This document shows, one piece after another, positions 36,899 through 46,620 of a stretch of 64,000 nt of DNA. This DNA is from a virus. Taxonomy: Duplodnaviria; Heunggongvirae; Uroviricota; Caudoviricetes. A program made the position numbers and the translations under genes. Numbering within the stretch: position 1 is the first letter of the stretch; each line of letters starts with the position of its first letter. The stretch lies in IMG/VR virus record IMGVR_UViG_2751185836_000001; one strand, 5' to 3'. The notes under the pieces are model-generated. The model ran no database searches. It had not been told where the DNA came from and saw only the letters and a program-made list of their open reading frames with translations.

Positions 36899-39475
36899 AT
36901 GAATATCATTTATAAACTGACATGGCAGTATATGAAAAAAAATAGGAAACGCACAAAGGCGACGATTTTGGGAATTGTCTGTACTCTGGCCGTCCTGAGC
37001 GCCATCTATTTTTTCTCCCAGACTCTGTTAGGCGCAATCAGAAGCAGTATTATAGACGAGCAGGGCGGCTATCATGCCGTTTTCCACGAACTGGATCAAG
37101 AGCAATATTTGAAGTTAAGCCAGGACAAAAAGATCAAGCATGTTCAATTGGAGAACTGCAGTAGCCATGATGGGAAAAGTGCTTTGTGCGCCAGAGTGGA
37201 ACTGAAGAAGGTGAACTGGCTTATTTTTTCGACTACACAGAAGATAGCAGAACAGCTTGGAATGCGACAGCTTCCGGAAAATGAAAGGACAGAATTGCCA
37301 TACCGGGTGTCCGGGAAATACGATATTACATATCATATGGAGCTTTTGCAATATTATGGCATTAACCAGGTGGGGAAATTTGGCGTGGGGGTATTAATCA
37401 ATTTAATTCTCTTTCTCGTAATGCTTATGGGAAGCGTTTTAATTTATAATGCCTATGCCATCTCGACATTTGAAAAACTAAAGTATTTGGGAACGCTTGG
37501 CAGTATTGGGGCCACCGACTTCCAAAAGGCAAGCGTGGTCTATTGTGAAGGCATCCTGGAGGGGATAGCAGGCATACCTGTAGGGATTAGTGCAGGGGTG
37601 CTGCTGGTAAAAGGCATCGTTTTTGGCCTTCGGAAGCTTTTCTTTTATGAAGATACGCTCCTAGTGACCGTGACGGTAAAGGAGATACTCCTGCTTGTTC
37701 TTCTCGGATTTATCATGATCTTTTTCGCCTGTCTGTTTCCGGCGTGGAAAGCTGTCCAGGCGTCAGGATTAGACCTGGCTGTGCGCCCTTATACCATAGG
37801 GATAAAAATCCGCCAGAGGACGAATTTACTCGGAAAACACCGTATATTGGGGACGGTAGGGATGCTGGCGGCAAAAAACATCTGGATACGCCGGAAAAAT
37901 TATATATCCAATGGAATACTGATCATCCTTAGCTTTTGTGTAATCCTGGATGGGGCGGCTGCCATGCGGGGGATCAACGGGGACTACTACCCAAGGGATG
38001 ACCGGAGGCGTGAGAAATTACAGCTATGGGCAGAATTATATACAATGGATCAGGATAAAATCGAAAAATTCTATCAGGAAGTAAAAGATCTCCCGGAAGT
38101 CACTTCCGTTTCACTGGAACGAAATCTGGATTGGGGCGGGATATTATTACAGCCCGGACAGATCCAAAAGGACTTGCAGGAATTTGAGATATCGGGTGTA
38201 ACTGGCTTTGGTGGGCTTTCACGGGAAGAAGAAATGTCACAGATTAAGGGTGTGAAGGATATGCACTCAGGAAAATGGATAGAGGGATATTATCTGCGTA
38301 CGGTGATTGTTGGGTTAGATGACAATACGTTCCAGAATTATGTGGAAGCGGCGGGCTGTCAGATCCCGCGTCAGACGGGAGGGGCTTACTCCGTGCTGGT
38401 AGAAGATTATGAAGAGGTCCTGACTCCCCAGGGCGTGGATCAGCGGAGCATCCTGGATTTGCGTCCGGGAGATAGCTTATCCTTTTATTACAGCAGATAT
38501 GGGGATATGGAAGCCTATACGATAGGAAAATGGTATAGCGAACTTGATGAAATAAGACAGGGAAATTTTACGGTAATAGGGACCACGCAGGCCCCCCCGC
38601 CGTATCCTTATTTCTCTGGTATGCAAGATAATATAGATGGCTATCAGGAAAGAACGCTGGGTATTTGTCACATTTATATGTCTATGAGTGATTTTAAAAA
38701 GCTGCTGAAGGACCCTGCTTATCATGAGACTTATGGAGAACATCCAACGGATACGTATGCTTCTAATTATGAAAGCAAAAGCATTGCAACTTATGTAAAA
38801 TTCGAAATAAAAGGGTCGAGAAAAAACGATGAGAGCGGCTTATTAAGCCAACTACTGTACGGAGCAGAGTCATCTTCTCAAATGGAAAAGGAGAAGCGGA
38901 TAGGAGAAAAAATCAAAAAAATTGCCGAGGATGTAGGGCTTACGCAGGGAGAAGCGGCGGATTATAATTACATGCTTGCGGACGGAAGGGTATTGCCGGA
39001 AAATGACACCTTTGTTTTTAACAGCCGGCTGCTTTGGCAGAGGAACCAGTACTTCCATTCGGAAAAATTCTTCCAGCTGATCCTGGGATATGGGCTGGTA
39101 TTGTTGATCACAATACTGTCTTTAACCAATATTTTCCAGAATATTTCTACATCTATGAGGATGCGAAGGAAGGAGTTTTCGGCTTATCAGTCCATAGGAA
39201 TGTCTCCGGCTTCTTTAAGAAATATGCTGCTTTTCGAGGCCGCCATATATGGGGTGAGCGGTTGCCTAGCAGGCATACCACTAAGCTTTCTTCTCCTGTA
39301 TCAGGTATACCTTAGTTTTAAAGTAAATTATGCGATCCGCTGGGAAATGCCGTGGGATATGGTTCCTGTACAGATCGTGTTTGCAATCCTGATCATTGTC
39401 GTACCTGTTGTTTGTGCCATGTCCCAGCTGAAAAATTTAAATATTATAGACTCCATCCGGGATGAAAATATGTAA
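36899..39475 (+). CDS. FtsX-family (MacB-like) ABC transporter permease
   Basis: 858 aa. ATG 5 nt after AGGGGGG. N-terminal TM, large extracellular domains, and two clusters of 3-4 TM helices typical of double FtsX permeases. Directly followed by the ATPase gene. Confidence 0.65.
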   Translation: MNIIYKLTWQYMKKNRKRTKATILGIVCTLAVLSAIYFFSQTLLGAIRSSIIDEQGGYHAVFHELDQEQYLKLSQDKKIKHVQLENCSSHDGKSALCARVELKKVNWLIFSTTQKIAEQLGMRQLPENERTELPYRVSGKYDITYHMELLQYYGINQVGKFGVGVLINLILFLVMLMGSVLIYNAYAISTFEKLKYLGTLGSIGATDFQKASVVYCEGILEGIAGIPVGISAGVLLVKGIVFGLRKLFFYEDTLLVTVTVKEILLLVLLGFIMIFFACLFPAWKAVQASGLDLAVRPYTIGIKIRQRTNLLGKHRILGTVGMLAAKNIWIRRKNYISNGILIILSFCVILDGAAAMRGINGDYYPRDDRRREKLQLWAELYTMDQDKIEKFYQEVKDLPEVTSVSLERNLDWGGILLQPGQIQKDLQEFEISGVTGFGGLSREEEMSQIKGVKDMHSGKWIEGYYLRTVIVGLDDNTFQNYVEAAGCQIPRQTGGAYSVLVEDYEEVLTPQGVDQRSILDLRPGDSLSFYYSRYGDMEAYTIGKWYSELDEIRQGNFTVIGTTQAPPPYPYFSGMQDNIDGYQERTLGICHIYMSMSDFKKLLKDPAYHETYGEHPTDTYASNYESKSIATYVKFEIKGSRKNDESGLLSQLLYGAESSSQMEKEKRIGEKIKKIAEDVGLTQGEAADYNYMLADGRVLPENDTFVFNSRLLWQRNQYFHSEKFFQLILGYGLVLLITILSLTNIFQNISTSMRMRRKEFSAYQSIGMSPASLRNMLLFEAAIYGVSGCLAGIPLSFLLLYQVYLSFKVNYAIRWEMPWDMVPVQIVFAILIIVVPVVCAMSQLKNLNIIDSIRDENM

Positions 39476-39488
39476 GGGGGCAGATAAG

Positions 39489-40166
39489 ATGGAAGTGTTA
39501 AGGACAGAAGAGCTGACAAAAGAATATGGCTTTGGAGAAAATAAAGTCATCGCATTAGACCATGTATCCTTTTCCGTGGAAAAGGGAGAATTTGTTACGA
39601 TCCTGGGCCCATCCGGATCCGGGAAGTCCACGCTGCTCCATCTGGTCGGCGGCGTGGACAGACCGACACACGGGCAGGTCTTTATAGGCGGGCAATCCAT
39701 TTACAAAATGAAAAACCGGGATCTGACCGTATTCCGCAGACGGGAGATTGGACAGATTTATCAATTTTATAATCTCATTCCCGTGCTGGATGTAAAAGAA
39801 AACATCAGCCTTCCCGTGCTTTTGGATCATAAGAAGGTGGATCAGGAGGAGCTCCAGAAGCTGTTGGAGATACTTGGACTGGAAAAGAGGGCCGACCATC
39901 TGCCAAACGAACTGTCGGGAGGCCAGCAGCAGAGGGTGGCGATCGGGCGGGCGCTGATCAGCCAGCCCCAGTTGCTTCTGGCTGACGAACCGACCGGAAA
40001 TTTGGACCAGAAAAACAGTCTGGAAATTATCAATCTTTTCAAAGAGTTAAATGAGGTCTACAAACAAACCATTTTACTGATTACCCATGACGAGAAGATT
40101 GCCGGGAACAGCAGCCGGATTATCCGAATTGAAGACGGGAAGATCATAGAAGATATAAGGCGGTGA
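39489..40166 (+). CDS. ABC transporter ATP-binding protein
   Basis: Walker [11 protein letters not shown]-loop, signature [15 protein letters not shown], Walker [14 protein letters not shown]-loop ITHD. Confidence 0.8.
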   Translation: MEVLRTEELTKEYGFGENKVIALDHVSFSVEKGEFVTILGPSGSGKSTLLHLVGGVDRPTHGQVFIGGQSIYKMKNRDLTVFRRREIGQIYQFYNLIPVLDVKENISLPVLLDHKKVDQEELQKLLEILGLEKRADHLPNELSGGQQQRVAIGRALISQPQLLLADEPTGNLDQKNSLEIINLFKELNEVYKQTILLITHDEKIAGNSSRIIRIEDGKIIEDIRR

Positions 40167-40170
40167 GAAA

Positions 40171-40950
40171 ATGCGGTTTCGTGGAGTCTATCAACATGAT
40201 ACAAGGGATTGTGGAGTCGCATGCTTGGCTACAATCTGCAATTTTTATGGATTAAACGTTCCATTATCTTACATTCGAGAGTTAGAAAAGGTGAATATGA
40301 ATGGATCTAGTATCTATGGAATTTGCAAAGCTGCCGAGGTACTTGGAATGACAGCGGACGCTTATCAAGGAGAAATCGAAGATTTACTTTCTAATGTAAA
40401 CGAGACAAAGGAAATAGCAGTTCCATTTATAGTGCATACCATAAAAGATGATCTTTATCATTTTATGGTCGTAAAAAAGATAAGCACAAAATCAGTATGG
40501 CTTTTTGATCCAGATGAAGGAAACAGAAAAATAAAATTGGACGAATTTGCAAAGATCTGGACAGGCTATTTTATTGCTTTTCAATTGACGCCTCTTTTCA
40601 AAAAAGAAAATTTAAAAAAAGGAGCTTATCAAAATTATTCCTTATTATTTAAAAAATATAGAAAAGAATTTTTTACTATTCTGGGAACCTCTTTGTTAAT
40701 TGCGGGAATTACAATAGTAAGTACCCTCATTTTCCAACACATTATTGATCATTTTATGATGCACCCGAATTATGAATTAATGAGGGAAGTGAATACGATT
40801 TTCGCTATCATAATAGGTCTTTATATCTTAAGGTTGGGGATTTACCTTTTCAGGAGTATTATCGTAGCCATGCTTTTTCGCAATATAGAAAAGGATTTCC
40901 TTGAAAATTTTCAGGAAAACCTACTCAAAGTACCGTTGTCCTATTTTGAC
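40171..40950 (+). pseudogene. N-terminal part (C39 peptidase domain + first TM helices) of a bacteriocin-processing ABC exporter, cut by IS element A
   Basis: QHDTRDCGVACLATICNFYG is the C39 Cys-active-site motif. The ORF runs into the IS LE at 40951 (LPPHARDFSRE* is encoded by the IS). No TMD or NBD continuation is found after the IS. Confidence 0.65.
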
Positions 40951-41208
40951 GCATTACCGCCGCACGCTCGTGACTTTAGTCGTGAGTAAGGCGGTCTTAT
41001 ATTTTATTCTATTAATAGTTATTTTTTGTTATTGTTAAGATATGTATAAACAACATTTTTTCTAAGTTTTTTTGTTCATCTGATAAAAATGATCTTATTT
41101 GCATATTTGTTATAATGGATAAAAATGTATCTTAATTGTGAGCATATGGCTACAACGCATGTTATGACATGATTGCAGTCACGGAAAACCAAATGAAAGG
41201 AGTCGTCT

Positions 41209-42534
41209 ATGAAACTCATCTCCACATATAGTGTGAAACTAAAAGAATACAGACATATCTTCAAAGACACCATCCGAGTGTACCGTGCAGCGGTAGACTT
41301 CTTTCTCATGGTCTGTGACCAGGAATGGGAGAAAGTCTCTGACATCAGTACATCAAAATTTCAGATGACGTTTATAGAACAGCTCACACATAAAACAGCA
41401 AAAAATCCGGCCACAAAATATGATTTTGATGCAGTCTTTTATAAGTTTCCCTCTTACCTACGTCGAGCAGCCATTTATGAGACTTTAGGTAAATACTTTT
41501 CCTATCGATCCAACCTGGCAAACTGGGAAAGGGATCCGCAGGGGCGGAAACCTTCCTTCCCTAAAGCGGGATACGTGTATCCCTGTCTGTACCGGGATGG
41601 CATGTACGAGCGGACAGATATATACACAGCTCGGATCAAGGTCTATATCCGCAATACCTGGGACTGGATCGATATTAAACTTCGTAAAAGTGATGTGGAT
41701 TACATCCAACGTCACTGCTCCCACAGAAAGGAGTGTGCCCCCACTCTCCAGAAAAGGGGAAAAGAATGGTTCCTGGACTTTCCTTTTGAGGAACAGGTTA
41801 CATTGAACAACACACCTTCCAAAGAGCAGGTGATCGCTGCCGTGGACCTTGGCATCAACAGCGCCGCCACGGTTTCCGTTATGCGCGCGGATGGCACTGT
41901 CCTGGGCCGGCATTTCTGTCGGCTTCCCAGAGAAAAAGACTCTCTTGCGCATGCGGTGAACCGGGTCAAAAAAGCACAGCAGCACGGAGCCAGGAAAATG
42001 CCCCGCTTATGGGCACGGGCGAACGGCATCAATGACGATATCGCGGTCAAAACAGCAAGGTTTATCATTGAGGTGGCCGTCCTTTATAACGCGGATGTGA
42101 TCGTGTTCGAGCACCTGGACCTGAAGGGTCGGAAGCGCGGCTCCAAAAAGCAGCGTCTCCACTTATGGAAAGCCCGCCGTGTCCAGTCCATCGTAACGGA
42201 CCAAGCCCACCGTCTTGGTATGCGCGTCAGCCATGTCAACGCCTGGAACACCAGCCGCCTTGCCTTCGATGGCAGCGGGCGCGTCCTCCGGGGCCGGCAG
42301 TCTGAAAAGACGGGTGGCTCCTACAGCGTATGCGAGTTCCAGAACGGAAAGGTCTATAACTGCGACCTGAACGCCACCTATAACATAGGGGCGAGATACT
42401 TTATCCGGACACTCTTAAAATCCTTGCCGGCAACGGAGAGGTTGGCCGTGGAGGCAAAAGTCCCTTCATGCGCTAAGAGAAGCACCTGCACCTTATCCAC
42501 GCTTACTAGCCTGTACGCGGTCCTGGCGGCTTAA
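41209..42534 (+). CDS. tnpB: TnpB (OrfB) RNA-guided endonuclease of IS element A
   Basis: 441 aa. C-terminal NAWNTSRLAFDGSG...CDLNATYNIGARYF carries the TnpB RuvC-III D.NAA.NI signature. Confidence 0.8.
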   Translation: MKLISTYSVKLKEYRHIFKDTIRVYRAAVDFFLMVCDQEWEKVSDISTSKFQMTFIEQLTHKTAKNPATKYDFDAVFYKFPSYLRRAAIYETLGKYFSYRSNLANWERDPQGRKPSFPKAGYVYPCLYRDGMYERTDIYTARIKVYIRNTWDWIDIKLRKSDVDYIQRHCSHRKECAPTLQKRGKEWFLDFPFEEQVTLNNTPSKEQVIAAVDLGINSAATVSVMRADGTVLGRHFCRLPREKDSLAHAVNRVKKAQQHGARKMPRLWARANGINDDIAVKTARFIIEVAVLYNADVIVFEHLDLKGRKRGSKKQRLHLWKARRVQSIVTDQAHRLGMRVSHVNAWNTSRLAFDGSGRVLRGRQSEKTGGSYSVCEFQNGKVYNCDLNATYNIGARYFIRTLLKSLPATERLAVEAKVPSCAKRSTCTLSTLTSLYAVLAA

Positions 42535-42652
42535 CAGTTGTCAGATGGCTGAGTTCAGGCCCTATGGTGGAAAGGCTGTCCGATCCCCCTAAAGGGGAAC
42601 CGCCGCCAGGCGGCAGTAGGAAGCACGTGAATTTATTCATGTGAGGCTTCAC
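42535..42652 (+). ncRNA. predicted omega-RNA scaffold region of IS element A
   Basis: Same conserved 118-bp RE as 8585..8702. Confidence 0.35.
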
Positions 42653-42977
42653 TGTCCCTGTCGAAAAGCAGCCGGAGTTCTTTACACATCTGGTACGCTG
42701 CTACGAGACCGGCAGGACGGAAGACATCAAGACATTTTTGTACGAGACATCCATCGACGGATTTAACAAAGAAATGACCGTCCAGCCGCCTATTAATAAG
42801 GCGCAGTTTTCAGACATGATCGATATTATTAATTCCGACGGTAAGCCAGAGACGATTACGCGTGAAGCCCTGGCCATGAGGATCTTAGACGGGGACACTG
42901 TTCAGATCGTCAACGAAGCCGAGCCCAAAATCCCTCCCCGGTCATACGAAGAAGAGCAAATTGAGCCGGGAGATTAA
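42653..42977 (+). pseudogene. 3' fragment of an unrelated gene joined to the IS-A right end
   Basis: The frame is open from the IS boundary through 42977 (VPVEKQPEFF...QIEPGD*) with no plausible start. Confidence 0.3.
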
Positions 42978-43175
42978 TCCGGAGAACTAAATGTTCAGGA
43001 CTTAAAGCGGAACCAAGTTCCGCTTTTTATATTTCTCGGTTCCGCAATCGCCGGCATCTCTGCATATGCGTATCACTCATGCGAGGCTTCGCTCATATTG
43101 TCTTCATCCTCTCATTTTTAAATCCAGCCGTTTTTCCACTTTCCACTGTAATTAAAAGAAGAGGAGGAAACCATT

Positions 43176-43808
43176 ATGTACGATATTAACAAAACGCTGG
43201 AAAAGGTGGAAAAATTTGAATGCCAATTTCCCGGAGCCGCCGGGCTTGAGCTTTTCAAGGAGATACGGTGGCATCTCAATGAGCCTTTGTTGTCTTACTG
43301 TCGGCAGGAGGCTGTGTACCGGCTGAGTGAAGCGGGATATCATTCCCCGTCCGAGGTTCTGATCGAAGAAGCAACCATGGCGCTCTACACTAATGATCAA
43401 TTTATAAACTCAGAAGTGGCAGAGAGCACCATAGAGGCAGTTATCGCCGACCATGGTATTCATCTTTCGGATATGCTCGAAGAGGATGAGACCCTCGTGG
43501 ACTATACAATCTCTTCCTGTTACGCGACATACCATTGTATCATGCAGCGGAACGGGACGGATCTGGGAGGCGCGCTTGAGGATACACTTCACCGCATCAT
43601 TGATATGGATGGCGACGCGGAGGATATCCAGAGAATTATGGGCGCTGTCATCCCGGAAATCCCTAAAAAGGCTGAAGAAGATGCGGGTGAGGCTTGGCTG
43701 AAAGAAACATATCCTGACGGGTATCTTGACCTGGATCTGGGATACATCATCCCCGGATGCATCCTTACTATGGAAAAGAGGGTTGAGGAGGAAGCAAGAT
43801 GTGTGTAA
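43176..43808 (+). CDS. hypothetical protein, paralog family P (member 1)
   Basis: RBS AAGAAGAGGAGGAAACC. N-terminus LEKVEKFECQFPGAAGLELFKEIRWHLNEP. C-terminal GYLDLDLGYIIPGC, as in the 46621 and 47644 proteins. Confidence 0.5.
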   Translation: MYDINKTLEKVEKFECQFPGAAGLELFKEIRWHLNEPLLSYCRQEAVYRLSEAGYHSPSEVLIEEATMALYTNDQFINSEVAESTIEAVIADHGIHLSDMLEEDETLVDYTISSCYATYHCIMQRNGTDLGGALEDTLHRIIDMDGDAEDIQRIMGAVIPEIPKKAEEDAGEAWLKETYPDGYLDLDLGYIIPGCILTMEKRVEEEARCV

Positions 43809-44239
43809 TGAATGAAAAATATCCTCTTCCAACTGTGGAGCGCCGGATATGCAACAGCAATCCCACTCGGATAGCGAAAAGGATGATACAAGAAGGGGAA
43901 GAAGCGTGGTATAGGCTGGCAGGTGAATTGTATGATGCTCAGGCAGAGGATCTTCTTCGTCAGTTGGAAGAAGGTCCGGGCGAGTCAGGCTATGGAGAGC
44001 CGCAGGCGTATCTGGATCTTCCAAACAGCCGAACACTGGAAGTCACCCACGAGGAGTATGGACTTCCTAAAGAACAGCAGTTTTACTCCTGGCGCGTGAA
44101 CTGTTCAGATAAGGAATATGAACATGATGCCTATCATTGCACATGCGGGGTGATAGACCAGTCGTATTCTGATGATATTGATCTGGACACTTGTTCCCTG
44201 ATGCTGCAATGGGCCTATCGAGTGGCGAGGCTCTCGTAA
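43799..44239 (+). CDS. hypothetical protein
   Basis: Overlaps the upstream stop by 10 nt. 146 aa. Confidence 0.45.
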   Translation: MCVMNEKYPLPTVERRICNSNPTRIAKRMIQEGEEAWYRLAGELYDAQAEDLLRQLEEGPGESGYGEPQAYLDLPNSRTLEVTHEEYGLPKEQQFYSWRVNCSDKEYEHDAYHCTCGVIDQSYSDDIDLDTCSLMLQWAYRVARLS

Positions 44240-44515
44240 AAAATAGTAAATACCGTATGGCAAGAACGTCCTGAAGAGGGCGTTCTTTTTGTAATTCTGT
44301 TTTCTTCTATATACCAGTGATATTTTAAAGTTCCCTCAAACTCCATGCTGATCCGACAAATATTGTCTGCTGTTTTCCGAGCTATTGTTATTTCTTCCTC
44401 TTTTATAAATGATCTCGGAAAAATATGCGCAAACCCGGAAGTTGAGTTTCCGTTTTTTCCTTTCGAGATTATTACCATATTTTAATGATCATTTTTAAGA
44501 AGAGGAGGACGAACT

Positions 44516-44983
44516 ATGTACATAATTATGTTTGGGAACGATGAAAACCTTTACCACGAGGGCCCTTTTAAGACCTGGGAGGATGCCAGAAAAGTTTTTG
44601 AAAAACGATACGAGGAGCAGACAGCCAGCGTTGAGGAAGAATGGCTGGATATGTGCTGCCTGGGCAATGGCACCTATACGGTGTACATGAATGGGGAGTA
44701 CGTGATCAATGCGGAGATCTACAGTTATGAAGAGTTGTTCGGGATTTCCGCTGACGGACCTAACCCGGTTGAGGGAGTGCCGGACAAAGTGGAGCCCTCG
44801 GAACCTTCTAGTGAAGGCATCACCGGCCGGTATTACCTGGATGGGCAGGCACAAAAAGAAGGATCTTTTCTGTGTGTTCCCCGAAAGGGTGAAAATGTCA
44901 TGCTGGACAGCGGTGTGTATGAGGTACAGCAGGTTTGCCACTATGCGGACGATCCGCATCTCGTGGACATCTTCTTGGGATAA
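44516..44983 (+). CDS. hypothetical protein
   Basis: RBS AAGAAGAGGAGGACGAAC. 155 aa. Confidence 0.45.
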   Translation: MYIIMFGNDENLYHEGPFKTWEDARKVFEKRYEEQTASVEEEWLDMCCLGNGTYTVYMNGEYVINAEIYSYEELFGISADGPNPVEGVPDKVEPSEPSSEGITGRYYLDGQAQKEGSFLCVPRKGENVMLDSGVYEVQQVCHYADDPHLVDIFLG

Positions 44984-45087
44984 CGTACATGCAAAGAAGG
45001 ACAGGGACAGCAATGCCCCTGTTTTTCTTTTGCCATGCCATCTTTCATATTCCTTAGAAATGTTCGAGAAAAAAGGAGGAATACGAT

Positions 45088-45768
45088 ATGGTAAAAGAAA
45101 TAAAGGGTGACCTGTTAAAGGCGGGCACATATTACATCGCACATCAGGTGAACTGCCGCGGCAAGATGGGGGCCGGCGTGGCCTACCAGATCAGGCGGCA
45201 TGTATTGGGAGAGAGAGGGTACAACGACTACCGTGCCGTGTGCCGGAACAAGTCTCCCGAGAAGCTGCTCGGGACCAATCAGTATTACCCGGTCAAGGGT
45301 GGCCAGGTGGTCGTGAACATGTTCGGGGAGGATATCCCCACTGGCACGGAGAACGACACGGATTATGAAGCTCTCCAGAAGTGTCTGGAGAACCTGAAGC
45401 ACTCCATGGAAAGAGGGCACAGGGACGCTTCCATTCCCGGATACTTAGGCTGTGGCCTTGCCGGCGGATGCTGGGACTATGTTTACACGTCCATCATACT
45501 GCCGATCTTCAAGGATAGCAACCAGACCCTGTATATCATTTACAGGGATGACAGCATTCTCAAGCTCTGGAACGAGTTCCAGGATGTCCCCTGTACCAGG
45601 GGAGGGGCAATCTCGGAAAGCTGGCACGGCTTTGAAATCTTCACCGATACCTTTCTTATCTGGAAATGGTTCGAGGAGACGTTTGACCTGAGCGTCCGGA
45701 GGGATCTACTGAAAGAGAGGGACGACCTCACGCCGCTCTTTACACATCCTTTATCATCCGTTTCCTGA
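45088..45768 (+). CDS. macro-domain (ADP-ribose-binding/processing) protein; stop codon lies in MITE terminus
   Basis: GDLLKAGTYYIAHQVNCRGKMGAGVAYQI and GCGLAGGCW match macro-domain motifs (VNAAN..GGGV, TG.YG). RBS AAAGGAGGAATACGAT. Confidence 0.55.
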   Translation: MVKEIKGDLLKAGTYYIAHQVNCRGKMGAGVAYQIRRHVLGERGYNDYRAVCRNKSPEKLLGTNQYYPVKGGQVVVNMFGEDIPTGTENDTDYEALQKCLENLKHSMERGHRDASIPGYLGCGLAGGCWDYVYTSIILPIFKDSNQTLYIIYRDDSILKLWNEFQDVPCTRGGAISESWHGFEIFTDTFLIWKWFEETFDLSVRRDLLKERDDLTPLFTHPLSSVS

Positions 45769-46162
45769 CTGCTCTCCACGCTGTTACCAGCGGGAGGTTC
45801 CATAAACAAGATAACATCACTTAGGCAGTTCTCTCTCGGAAAATGGCGGGGTCCTCTGGAAGCCGCCGTTTCCTTTTTATGAAGACACTCCGTTTGTTAT
45901 AGTTATCTGTTCTATCATGGAATTTCATGCCAAGGCACCTGTTGGCACCATTCGCGGCATCGGACTCAGTCGGGCCCGGGGTCCCATTTTATTATACAGT
46001 CTGGAACCCAAAACTGCGGGTATCATAATGTAGTTCTATTATAATATAAAACGAAGAAAAATGCAAACGTATGTTCTTATTTCCGCTTTTCTTACAAGCC
46101 ATGCGAGAGTTTCGCTTTCATCTGCACACTGTTACCAGTGGCAGCTTTCCCGCTTGGTTATT
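45765..46162 (-). mobile_element. MITE/PATE derived from IS element B (LE joined to RE, no ORFs)
   Basis: The rc of 46118..46162 equals the B left end (AATAACCAAGCGGGAAAGCTGCCACTGGTAACAGTGTGCAG), with flanking GTAA as the rc of target TTAC. 45765..45990 is the rc of the 227-bp B right end. The ~130-bp interior matches the tnpA promoter region of copy 3. Confidence 0.6.
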
Positions 46163-46247
46163 GTAAAGACATCCCCGGCAGTCCCGGGGGTGTTTTTTTC
46201 ATAGACTTTTACAAGCGAAAAAGGAGCGGGAGACCGCTCCTTCCTCT

Positions 46248-46505
46248 TTACAGTGGCTTAAAGATGTACGTGCTTGTCGCCGTGCTCATGACCCACATGC
46301 CATCGTGAATGGCTTGTTCTTTCGGACGGACCACGAAGAATTCCTTCTGTCCGTTTTCGAAGGCCCATCCGCCCTCGTTCCTTTCATGTGCCTCCAGCGC
46401 GTGCTCGATCGGTATGGGCGTGTTGTCCGGCAGGGATTTTGCCCATTCCGGGCCAAACTTGGCCATCACCTGCTCGTTAGTCGTAAAACACAGTGTCACT
46501 TTCAT
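46248..46505 (-). CDS. hypothetical protein
   Basis: 85 aa. RBS GAGGAGGAACAAG on the minus strand. Confidence 0.45.
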   Translation of the reverse strand: MKVTLCFTTNEQVMAKFGPEWAKSLPDNTPIPIEHALEAHERNEGGWAFENGQKEFFVVRPKEQAIHDGMWVMSTATSTYIFKPL

Positions 46506-46620
46506 TTCTTGTTCCTCCTCTGGTTTTGCAATTTCGGATGAATATGGTTAAGACCAGGTTTTTATTTTCCGAGGCTTTTTCATATTCCAGAGAAATCATT
46601 TATAAGAGGAGGAATGACAT

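Larger units (their letters stand above)
40951..42652 (+). mobile_element. IS200/IS605-family element A (TnpB-only), complete copy
   Basis: 1702 bp. LE starts GCATTACCGCCGCACGCTCGTGAC immediately 3' of TTGAC. RE ends CATGTGAGGCTTCAC. About 98% identical to 58893..60596. Confidence 0.75.
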
